From an uncultured Rikenellaceae bacterium (GTDB lineage: Bacteria > Bacteroidota > Bacteroidia > Bacteroidales > VadinHA17): 64,000 nt of DNA. Made by a program: the position numbers and the translations under genes. This document shows positions 56,767 through 64,000 of this stretch, piece by piece; within the stretch, counting starts at the first letter, position 1, and every line of letters starts with the position of its first letter. The notes under the pieces were generated by a model. That model saw nothing but the letters and a program-made list of their open reading frames with translations. It did not search any database and was not told where the DNA came from. The DNA is taken from the NCBI GenBank assembly GCA_964613785.1, contig CAZTJT010000023.1, positions 1,824-65,823 on the forward strand. The letters are read 5' to 3'.

Positions 56767-57621
56767 CTATTTCCCCAGGGAAAGTGAATACTGATGCTCT
56801 ATCCACCTGTACCAGACATCCATTCCTTCACCTGTTTTTGCAGAAAGCGTGATTAATTCCAGATCAGGATTTATGCTCCTGGCATTCCGGATGAAATCAT
56901 CCATACTGAAATCAACATAAGGCAGCAGATCAGACTTGTTTACGAGGCAAAGATGTGATGTTTCGAACATACCCGGATATTTCAGGGGCTTGTCTTCGCC
57001 TTCGGTGACACTGACAGTCAATACCCTCCTGAATTCCCCCAGGTCGAACATTGCAGGGCATACAAGGTTCCCCACATTTTCTATGAAAAGAACAGAGCCG
57101 GATTCAGGATCCATTCTTTTAAGGGCAGATTCTATCATTCGTGCATCCAGATGACAGGCTGACCCGGTATTTATCTGAAGGACCGGAGCCCCGGTCTTCT
57201 CAATCCTTATGGCATCAGTCATCGTCTGCTGATCTCCTTCAATAACATATATTTTTTTTGAAATTCCCGGGGTGCTTATGGTCTTCTCAAGTATGGTTGT
57301 CTTGCCCGATCCAGGTGAACTTACCATGTTCAGGCAGAGCACTTTTCTTCCTTCAAGGAATCTCCTGTTCAAGGAAGCTGTAATATTGTTTCCGGCCAGA
57401 ATGTCGCGGTTGAGTTCAATTATCCTCGGGTGGTCATGCTTATGATCCTGATTATGGGAATGTGGATGTGAATGAGGGTGGTCGTGATGATGATCATGGT
57501 CGTGAGCGTGGTCATCGGCATGATGATGATCTTGTTCATGCACTTTTTCGCTTGCCGTATCAGTTCTGGGATTCCTTATTGAAAATCCGTCCGGTTTTCC
57601 GCAGCCGCATGTTTCGCACAT
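56767..57621 (-). CDS. hypB: Hydrogenase nickel incorporation GTPase HypB
   Basis: MCETCGC Ni site, long His-rich linker, SSPGSGKTT, CHLDA, ENVGNLVCPA, NKSD. Confidence 0.96.
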   Translation of the reverse strand: MCETCGCGKPDGFSIRNPRTDTASEKVHEQDHHHADDHAHDHDHHHDHPHSHPHSHNQDHKHDHPRIIELNRDILAGNNITASLNRRFLEGRKVLCLNMVSSPGSGKTTILEKTISTPGISKKIYVIEGDQQTMTDAIRIEKTGAPVLQINTGSACHLDARMIESALKRMDPESGSVLFIENVGNLVCPAMFDLGEFRRVLTVSVTEGEDKPLKYPGMFETSHLCLVNKSDLLPYVDFSMDDFIRNARSINPDLELITLSAKTGEGMDVWYRWIEHQYSLSLGK

Positions 57622-57636
57622 AACTTTGGTTTTTTA

Positions 57637-57690
57637 TTCACACGAAAATAATATAACTAAATTAATGAATACTAAGCATTTCGTGTGGAA
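57637..57690 (-). repeat. Hairpin between hypA and hypB resembling copies A/B
   Basis: TTCACACGAAA (57637-57647) and TTTCGTGTGGAA (57679-57690), 31-nt AT-rich loop; a second hairpin CGAGCT-CGCA-AGCTCG follows. Confidence 0.55.
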
Positions 57691-57739
57691 CCTTCATGAT
57701 TGACTTCGTCGAGCTCGCAAGCTCGGTTATGAATTATTT

Positions 57740-58126
57740 TCATGATCTTTTGTGTTTTTGTATCATGAAGGTTTCATCCTGAACTTCTTCGATTGTCAGG
57801 GATACAACCCTGAACTCATGGCCGCCCCTTATCTCTGCCGGGAATGAGCTGCAGACGGGGCATGTGTCGATCCTATGATCCATCTCAAACTCGAGGTCGC
57901 AGCTCCGGCAGAACCCTTTGCCTTTTATTCTGATGATATTAAGCCTGGCTTTGTCAAGTATTGAACCTTCTGACAGAATCTCCATGGCCGACTGAAAAGC
58001 TCCGGTATCGACACCGCTCAGGTCTCCAACCTCGATAGATATTTCGCTGACCAGCCGGGCATTGTTTTTTGCAGCTTCCTCTCCGGCAATCTTTACCACT
58101 TCACTGGCCAGTGAAAACTCATGCAT
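57740..58126 (-). CDS. hypA: Hydrogenase maturation nickel metallochaperone HypA
   Basis: MHE N-terminus, VGDLSGV, CRSC and CPVC Zn ligands, GGHEFRV. Confidence 0.95.
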   Translation of the reverse strand: MHEFSLASEVVKIAGEEAAKNNARLVSEISIEVGDLSGVDTGAFQSAMEILSEGSILDKARLNIIRIKGKGFCRSCDLEFEMDHRIDTCPVCSSFPAEIRGGHEFRVVSLTIEEVQDETFMIQKHKRS

Positions 58127-58173
58127 AGCTTTTTTTTAATATATCCAATTTATTGAATATTTTTTAAAGCTGC

Positions 58174-58202
58174 AAAAAAAAACCGGAGCATTCAAGTCCC
58201 GG
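58174..58202 (-). terminator. Rho-independent terminator-like structure upstream of hypA
   Basis: Minus strand CCGGGAC-TTGAAT-GCTCCGG followed by T9. Confidence 0.55.
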
Positions 58203-58330
58203 AATTCAGATTGACCTCACTAACTATAAAGAATAACAAACAATCTTTTTGAAAGCATAAGACGTATTCTTACCTCAGGTATCGGAATCATAACTTATTT
58301 CTTATTTTAGGGACTTAATTGTTTAGTCTG

Positions 58331-59716
58331 ATGGTAAATCAAAGGAACCTTGTAAGAACTCTGGGGATAACTTATGTAATCATCGTTGTCGTAGCAAACA
58401 TAATCGGATCGGGGGTCTATAAAAAGATCGCGCCGATGGCTGCAGAGCTCGGATCTTCAAGCTGGATTATAGTGGCATGGGTAGTAGGGGGTGTAATCAC
58501 CCTGTTCGGTGCACTGTGCAACGCAGAAGTTGCAGGATTGCTTGCTGATACCGGGGGGGATTTTGTATATTTTAAAAAGATATATAACCGCTTTTTCGCA
58601 TTCCTTTACGGGTGGTCGCTCTTTACGGTTATCCAGACTGCAACGATCTCATCTCTGGCATGGGTTTTTGCTCAATCGCTGAACACTATTTTCCCTCTTC
58701 CTTCAATTTTTAGTTCACTGCATGATTTTACCCTGGGAGGTGTCTTTTACCCGTTTCATGATTTTGGTATTAAGCTTGTTGCAATACTACTGATACTGTT
58801 GCTGACAGGATTGAATATCTCCGGATTGAAAAGTGGTGCCGGTTTCAGTAGGGCTATCCTTGTTCTGGTTGGAACAGGTCTCCTGATCATAGTAATTTCC
58901 GGTCTGATCTCGGGAACCGCAAAACCGGCTGGTTTTATGAATGTTACCGACATTGTATCGGGTAATGTTACCTTGTCCTCATTTTATACGGCTATGCTTG
59001 CTGCTTTTTGGGCTTACCAGGGATGGGTATCAGTCGGATTCATTGGCGGAGAGGTCAGGGAACCCACTAAAAATATACCCCGTGGAATAGTGATAGGAGT
59101 CTTCATTGTGATAACAGTATATGTTGTGGTTAATCTCACTTATCTTTCCCTTCTGTCTATCTCTGAGCTTGTCCAGATACATGAATCACAGAACCAGATT
59201 GCTGCTGTTGAAGCTGTAAGGAGTTACTGGGGATCAACAGGCGCGGTCTTTATATCAGTGCTTATTCTAATAACAACCCTGGGATGTACCAATGCAAGCA
59301 TTCTTACCGGTGCCCGGCCTTATTATGCCATGGCCCGCAATGGCTTGTTCATTTCAAGCCTAAGCAGACTGAACAGAAACAATGTTCCCGGCGTTTCCCT
59401 TCTCTGGCAGGGTATATGGGCCTCAGTGCTGGTTCTGTCAGGGACCTTCGATCAGCTGACGGATATGATCATTTTTGCCGTTTTTATCTTTTATGGTGCC
59501 ACCTCATTGGGAGTCTTTATCCTCCGCCACAGGATGCCCGATGCCTACCGTCCCTATAAAACCTGGGGATATCCCGTCATACCTGCAATTTTCATCCTGT
59601 TCTGCATAGGACTTTTCTTTAACACAATCTTTACCCGTCCGCGCGAGGCGGCAATAGGTATGTCACTCATCCTTGCCGGCATACCGGTATATTTTCTAAT
59701 GATCAGAAAGAAATAA
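58331..59716 (+). CDS. APC family amino acid/polyamine permease
   Basis: ATG 58331; IIGSGVY, LCNAEV, TGGDFVY, AYQGW, GGEVREP.KNIPR, ILTGARPYYAMAR, RPYKTWGYP. Confidence 0.92.
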   Translation: MVNQRNLVRTLGITYVIIVVVANIIGSGVYKKIAPMAAELGSSSWIIVAWVVGGVITLFGALCNAEVAGLLADTGGDFVYFKKIYNRFFAFLYGWSLFTVIQTATISSLAWVFAQSLNTIFPLPSIFSSLHDFTLGGVFYPFHDFGIKLVAILLILLLTGLNISGLKSGAGFSRAILVLVGTGLLIIVISGLISGTAKPAGFMNVTDIVSGNVTLSSFYTAMLAAFWAYQGWVSVGFIGGEVREPTKNIPRGIVIGVFIVITVYVVVNLTYLSLLSISELVQIHESQNQIAAVEAVRSYWGSTGAVFISVLILITTLGCTNASILTGARPYYAMARNGLFISSLSRLNRNNVPGVSLLWQGIWASVLVLSGTFDQLTDMIIFAVFIFYGATSLGVFILRHRMPDAYRPYKTWGYPVIPAIFILFCIGLFFNTIFTRPREAAIGMSLILAGIPVYFLMIRKK

Positions 59717-59788
59717 CTTTCAGGGTTAGCCACGCCCCGCATTCCTCTTTCAGCATAGGGAAGCCGAATCCCATTTTTCAGGATTTCT

Positions 59789-59796
59789 TATCTTTG
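59789..59796 (+). promoter_or_regulatory. -7 box (TATCTTTG) for the nitrilase-family gene
   Basis: TAnnTTTG 22 nt upstream of ATG 59819. Confidence 0.5.
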
Positions 59797-59818
59797 ATTG
59801 AACAATAAATCAGCAGAT

Positions 59819-60811
59819 ATGTCCAATTATAGATTTTCATTTCTGGCAGGATTGATATTCTTTCTCCTTGCAGCAGGTAATGTTTATGCGGCCAGGTATG
59901 TTACAGTCGCAACAATCGGTAATGTTCCGTCAGCAGGAAGTGACCAGCCGCCTGAAAAAATGGTGGAACGTGTTATAGCATTCTGGGGAAATGAGCTTAA
60001 ACAGGTCCTTCCCGACAAACCCGATCTTATTCTGCTGCCTGAGTTCTGCGATCTTTCGGGTGCAGGGGAAGAATATCTTAACGCCAGGGGTGACAGGGTG
60101 ATCAATTATTTTGCCTCTGTTGCCAGGGAGAACGGATGTTATATAGTTTTCGGAACAAAGAGGAAAAATAAGGAAGATATATGGCGCAATTCATGCATCA
60201 TGATCGACCGGGCTGGTAAAATTGCCGGGATCTATGACAAAAATTTCCCCACCATCGGCGAAATGGAGGAGGGCATAAAGGCATCAGATGAGGCACCTGT
60301 TTTCAGGTGCGATTTTGGCACTGTGGGCATCGCAATATGTTTTGACCTGAACTTTGATGAACTGAGGCTGAAGTATGCAGCTCAAAAACCTGATATCATG
60401 CTGTTCTCATCAATGTATCACGGCGGATTTGTGCAGAGCCTGTGGGCCTATTCATGCAGATCGTTTTTTGTCGGATCAGTGTACAGGTCAACCCCGTCGG
60501 AGATCCTTAACCCGCTGGGAGAAATGATTGCTTCAAACACTAACTATTTTGACTATGCCGTTGCCAAAATAAACCTCGACTATGAAATAGTTCACCTTGA
60601 TTATAACTGGGAAAAACTCAGGCTGTTAAAGAATAAATACGGTGAAAGTGTTAATATCCATGATCCGGGTAAACTGGGTGTGGTGCTTGTAACAAGCCTT
60701 GATGAAAAGATCTCCGTACAGGAAATGATCGATGAGTTCAGTCTTGAACGGGTTGATGATTATTTTCTGCGTGCAAGGAAGTTTAGAATGAATGAAGGGA
60801 ATCTGAGATAG
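59819..60811 (+). CDS. Carbon-nitrogen hydrolase (nitrilase superfamily), secreted
   Basis: Signal peptide; triad LPEF (Glu), YDKNFP (Lys), ICFD (Cys). Confidence 0.9.
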   Translation: MSNYRFSFLAGLIFFLLAAGNVYAARYVTVATIGNVPSAGSDQPPEKMVERVIAFWGNELKQVLPDKPDLILLPEFCDLSGAGEEYLNARGDRVINYFASVARENGCYIVFGTKRKNKEDIWRNSCIMIDRAGKIAGIYDKNFPTIGEMEEGIKASDEAPVFRCDFGTVGIAICFDLNFDELRLKYAAQKPDIMLFSSMYHGGFVQSLWAYSCRSFFVGSVYRSTPSEILNPLGEMIASNTNYFDYAVAKINLDYEIVHLDYNWEKLRLLKNKYGESVNIHDPGKLGVVLVTSLDEKISVQEMIDEFSLERVDDYFLRARKFRMNEGNLR

Positions 60812-60873
60812 AGTAACCCTGTGATACTAAAAAATGTGTAATTATCAGTCAAAACCAAATAATTCAAAGAGCC

Positions 60874-61179
60874 ATGGCAGATTTGATCAAAAAAATGATT
60901 TTAGCAGGTCTCGGAGCACTGTCGCTCACTCGTGAGAAAGCCGAGGAAATTTCAAGGGATCTGATAAAAAGAGGTGAACTGGCAAAGACGGATGAGGCTA
61001 AATTTGTCAGGGATCTGATGGACCTTGTTGAAAAGAACAGGGCAGGGATGGAAGAAAAAATTGAGAAGGCAGTCGAAAAAGCGATGGAAAAGCTTGATAT
61101 ACCATCACGGAAGGAGATCAATGCCCTGAAAGAAGAGATCAGCAAACTGACAAAAAAGGATAAGGCTTCAGGAAAGTAG
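60874..61179 (+). CDS. Phasin-like (PhaF/PhaI-type granule-associated) protein
   Basis: KKMILAGLGALSLTREKAEE...LIKRGEL...; coiled coil ending in IPSRKEINAL. Confidence 0.85.
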   Translation: MADLIKKMILAGLGALSLTREKAEEISRDLIKRGELAKTDEAKFVRDLMDLVEKNRAGMEEKIEKAVEKAMEKLDIPSRKEINALKEEISKLTKKDKASGK

Positions 61180-61242
61180 AAATGCGACATTCTTCTTTCC
61201 ATTTCCTGAGGATTGATCTTTAGCAATTAGCGTAAGATTATA

Positions 61243-62892
61243 ATGATGCAATTTAAGAATCTGGAAAAGCTCAAGCGGACCAGGCAGATAGTTGGTGTCC
61301 TTACAAAATACGGGGTGGAATATCTTTTTGACCGGCGCAGGAAAGGAATATCTTCGACCAGGAATACCGGCAAAAACATCTTAAGTACTCCCGAAAAATT
61401 TTGCAGGGCCCTGGAAGAGCTGGGGCCGACATTTATCAAATTCGGACAGATTCTCAGCACCCGCCCCGATTTTCTTCCTCCTGAATTCATAAAGGAACTT
61501 GAAAAGCTCCGGGACAATACGCCTCCCTTTGATTTTTCCCTGGTGCGGCAGATTATTGAAGAGGAATTGGGAAAGCCTTCTCAGGAAGTTTTCCGGTACT
61601 TTGATCCTGTTCCTGTAGCAGCTGCCTCCCTGAGTCAGGTTCACAAGGCCGCTCTGCCTGACGGCGACCAGGTGGCTGTCAAGATCCGGAGACCCGGAAT
61701 AAGGCAGATCATTGAAGCCGACCTGGCAATCCTGGAAGACCTGGCACAATTTGCCGAGAACCGGCTTCACAACGGATGGATGTACAGGCCCCGCCTGATG
61801 GTAGAGGAATACAGAAAGGCTGTAAGAAAAGAACTTGATTTTACCAGAGAAGCCCAGAACTATGAGAAGTTCAGGATCAATTTCAGCGATGTTGAGTATA
61901 TACGCGTCCCGAAGGTCTATTGGGAACTTACCACATCGGCTGTGCTGACAATGGAGTTCATTGACGGCATAAAAATAAATGAGACAGTTCAGGAAAAGTA
62001 CAGGAATTTATATGATACTCATAAAATTGCATTGAGAGGAGCTGAAGCCATAATGAAGCAGATACTCGAAGACGGTTTTTTTCATGCGGATCCTCATCCT
62101 GCCAATCTTTTCGTTATCCCGCCCGCCGAAATCGTCATGCTTGATGTGGGAATGGTGGGCTACCTCGACAAAAATACCCGGTTCTACGGTGCCAAATTGC
62201 TCCAGGCGCTGATAAACAGGGACCCCGACAGCACATTAAACAGGTTTGAGGACTTGAAAATAATTATCAGGGATGTCGACCGCAGCCTGCTCCGCCAGGA
62301 ACTTGCTGAACTGTTCGACAGCTACCTGGGAATACCTCTGGGAAGCCTCGATATAAACAAAGCCGGACAGGAGGTAATAGGCATCATGATCCGTCATAAC
62401 CTTACCCTTCCGCCCAACCTGGTTCTTATGATCAAGGCTCTTTCAATGATCGAATCGACAGGAAAGGAACTATACCCCGACCTGGATATGCTTGAAGTTG
62501 CCCGGCCATTTGTAAAAAAAATCTCAAGAAAACGACTCGACCCGGGGGAAATATTGAAAAGAAGCAGCTCCCTGCTTCAGGAAAGTGTTGAACTGATAGA
62601 ACGTTTGCCAGGGGAAATAAATCTAATCTTCAATAAACTAAGGGAAGGTAAATTGAAACTCGTTTTTGAACTTCATGAGGCTGACAAGCTAAAAAGATCC
62701 ATTTCCAGGGTAGGTCATCAGATATCCCTTAGTGTCATTATCGCAGCTATTATAATAGGTTCTTCAGTTATCTTTGCCATGCAGGAAAAAGGTCCCCTTA
62801 TATTCGGATACCCCGCTTTCGGTGTAGCAGGCCTTTTTCTGGCATTGATACTGATCTTGATTTATTTATGGTCGGTTATGAATAAGCGGTGA
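61243..62892 (+). CDS. ABC1/AarF (UbiB-family) atypical protein kinase
   Basis: LGPTFIKFGQILSTRPD, AAASLSQVHKA, VAVKIRRP, ELDF, HADPHPAN, DVG; two C-terminal TM helices. Confidence 0.93.
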   Translation: MMQFKNLEKLKRTRQIVGVLTKYGVEYLFDRRRKGISSTRNTGKNILSTPEKFCRALEELGPTFIKFGQILSTRPDFLPPEFIKELEKLRDNTPPFDFSLVRQIIEEELGKPSQEVFRYFDPVPVAAASLSQVHKAALPDGDQVAVKIRRPGIRQIIEADLAILEDLAQFAENRLHNGWMYRPRLMVEEYRKAVRKELDFTREAQNYEKFRINFSDVEYIRVPKVYWELTTSAVLTMEFIDGIKINETVQEKYRNLYDTHKIALRGAEAIMKQILEDGFFHADPHPANLFVIPPAEIVMLDVGMVGYLDKNTRFYGAKLLQALINRDPDSTLNRFEDLKIIIRDVDRSLLRQELAELFDSYLGIPLGSLDINKAGQEVIGIMIRHNLTLPPNLVLMIKALSMIESTGKELYPDLDMLEVARPFVKKISRKRLDPGEILKRSSSLLQESVELIERLPGEINLIFNKLREGKLKLVFELHEADKLKRSISRVGHQISLSVIIAAIIIGSSVIFAMQEKGPLIFGYPAFGVAGLFLALILILIYLWSVMNKR

Positions 62893-62920
62893 TTCAGAAA
62901 TAGAACTTTATCAGTCACAA

Positions 62921-63742
62921 ATGATTATCGACGGACACTCGCATAGGGGCGGAGAATACAGGGATATGCAAAGTATCATTTCCGTGCTTGACAGGCTTGG
63001 AGTTGACAAAGTGGTATTATGCCCGGCCGATTCGGAACGCGATGATCCCCTCTCCATCCCCGGTCTGGGTAACAGGTTTCACGGGCCAGAACTCAATTTT
63101 GTTGTAAACAGGTTTATAAGAGCTGCATTGGCTAGGGAAAGTAAATGGTCGGCCATTGAGCGATCCAATATAAAGGTCCATGAAATGGCATCTTTGTCGC
63201 AAGGACGTATATTGCAGTTCTGCTGGGTTAATCCCCTGAATAATGGAATTGAAGCTGAAATGGAAGAAAAACTGCATTTGTGGAAATTCGCCGGAATAAA
63301 GCTCCACCAGGCATGTCATCCCTTTTCAATTAAATCATCCACGTTCGGACGCATTGCAGAATTTGCTGCATCGAAAAACCTCCCGCTGTTCATCCATTTG
63401 TATTCAAAAAAAGATGTTCTGGATTTCATCTCCTTGTCAGGCAATTTCAGTACAAATTTCATTGTCGGACATCTTATTGGTCTTGAGATCTTTATTAAGG
63501 AGAAGAAGATGGTGGGAGATAATGTTTATTTCGACATTTCCTGCCCGTCACTTGTTTCCGCCGATCGAATAGCCCTGGCTGTTGATGAATTCGGAGCAAA
63601 AAAGATCATCATGGGATCAGATACCCCATACGGCAAAAACAATCTTGAACAGGTACTTACGATTATAAGGGCATTAAACCTTGAAGAAGAAGAAAAGGAG
63701 ATGATCCTTGGAAATAATCTGAGTAATATTCTGCCGGTTTGA
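62921..63742 (+). CDS. Amidohydrolase (Amidohydro_2-type TIM barrel)
   Basis: IIDGHSH, GIKLH, LFIH, VGH, FDIS, GSDTPY. Confidence 0.85.
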   Translation: MIIDGHSHRGGEYRDMQSIISVLDRLGVDKVVLCPADSERDDPLSIPGLGNRFHGPELNFVVNRFIRAALARESKWSAIERSNIKVHEMASLSQGRILQFCWVNPLNNGIEAEMEEKLHLWKFAGIKLHQACHPFSIKSSTFGRIAEFAASKNLPLFIHLYSKKDVLDFISLSGNFSTNFIVGHLIGLEIFIKEKKMVGDNVYFDISCPSLVSADRIALAVDEFGAKKIIMGSDTPYGKNNLEQVLTIIRALNLEEEEKEMILGNNLSNILPV

Positions 63743-63757
63743 TAGAAGGATTCGGCA

Positions 63758-64000
63758 TCAGTTGTTGCCAGAAAGAAGTTTTTCGAGGAACCTTATGTAA
63801 ACCTCAGTCCCCTTAACAAGCGATTCGACGGGGATCCTCTCGTTATAGTTATGAATGGCTTTCATAAGCTCTTCCCCAAGGACGGCGGGTATTATCCCGT
63901 AAACCGGAACTCCCGCATTCCTGAAATAGTTGTTGTCGGTTGTTGCGGGAAAAAGCACAGGAATGATGCCTGCTCCCGGATATGTTTCGATGATTGATTC
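63758..64000 (-). CDS. M20/M25/M40 family peptidase, C-terminal fragment (5' end beyond the window)
   Basis: Frame open to the window edge: ATTDNNYFR..GVPVYG..P...H..NERI. Confidence 0.85.
   Translation of the reverse strand, partial: ESIIETYPGAGIIPVLFPATTDNNYFRNAGVPVYGIIPAVLGEELMKAIHNYNERIPVESLVKGTEVYIRFLEKLLSGNN

Noticed and set aside
61243-62892. Assigning ubiB / ubiquinone biosynthesis
   Set aside because: Family match only; no other ubi genes in the window and the host lineage is expected to use menaquinone.
1-64000. tRNA, rRNA, known riboswitches, prophage, integrase/transposase, defence systems, frameshifted pseudogenes, Sec/Pyl read-through
   Set aside because: None recognised by eye; genes tile the window with plausible full lengths. 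An Rfam/tRNAscan run would be needed to exclude RNAs formally.

Overview
64 kb of gene-dense chromosome-like DNA from a Bacteroidota, probably a Bacteroidales-like anaerobe. This is inferred from TAnnTTTG promoter boxes, AT-rich non-Shine-Dalgarno starts and many lipoprotein signals. About 52 CDS are supported. No rRNA, tRNA, CRISPR array, integrase or transposase gene was seen. The left third is mixed housekeeping and periplasmic functions: CocE/NonD hydrolase, CPA2 antiporter, tricorn protease, ExuT with a Tat-signal DgoD-like dehydratase, GH18, TrmN, saccharopine dehydrogenase, MutS, a GpgS-HAD phosphatase fusion and a cation-chloride cotransporter. From 28.7 to 56.8 kb there is a large glycan/amino-sugar catabolic island with no SusC/SusD and no regulator gene. 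It holds two endo-beta-mannosidase-like GH2, NagA, CE4, an atypical ROK kinase, MFS, SIS, a NagB-like protein, Gfo/Idh/MocA, two GH5-type lipoproteins, two FAD-oxidoreductase lipoproteins, and Tat-type PIG-L, enolase-family and beta-helix proteins. The right end has orphan hypA-hypB, an APC permease, a nitrilase-family enzyme, a phasin/ABC1-kinase pair and a truncated M20 peptidase. The best non-coding signals are (i) a duplicated leader hairpin with compensatory base changes in front of two unrelated genes and (ii) a 636-bp REP-like palindrome cluster bounded by a 13-bp inverted repeat. All family assignments are by motif recognition; no database search was run.
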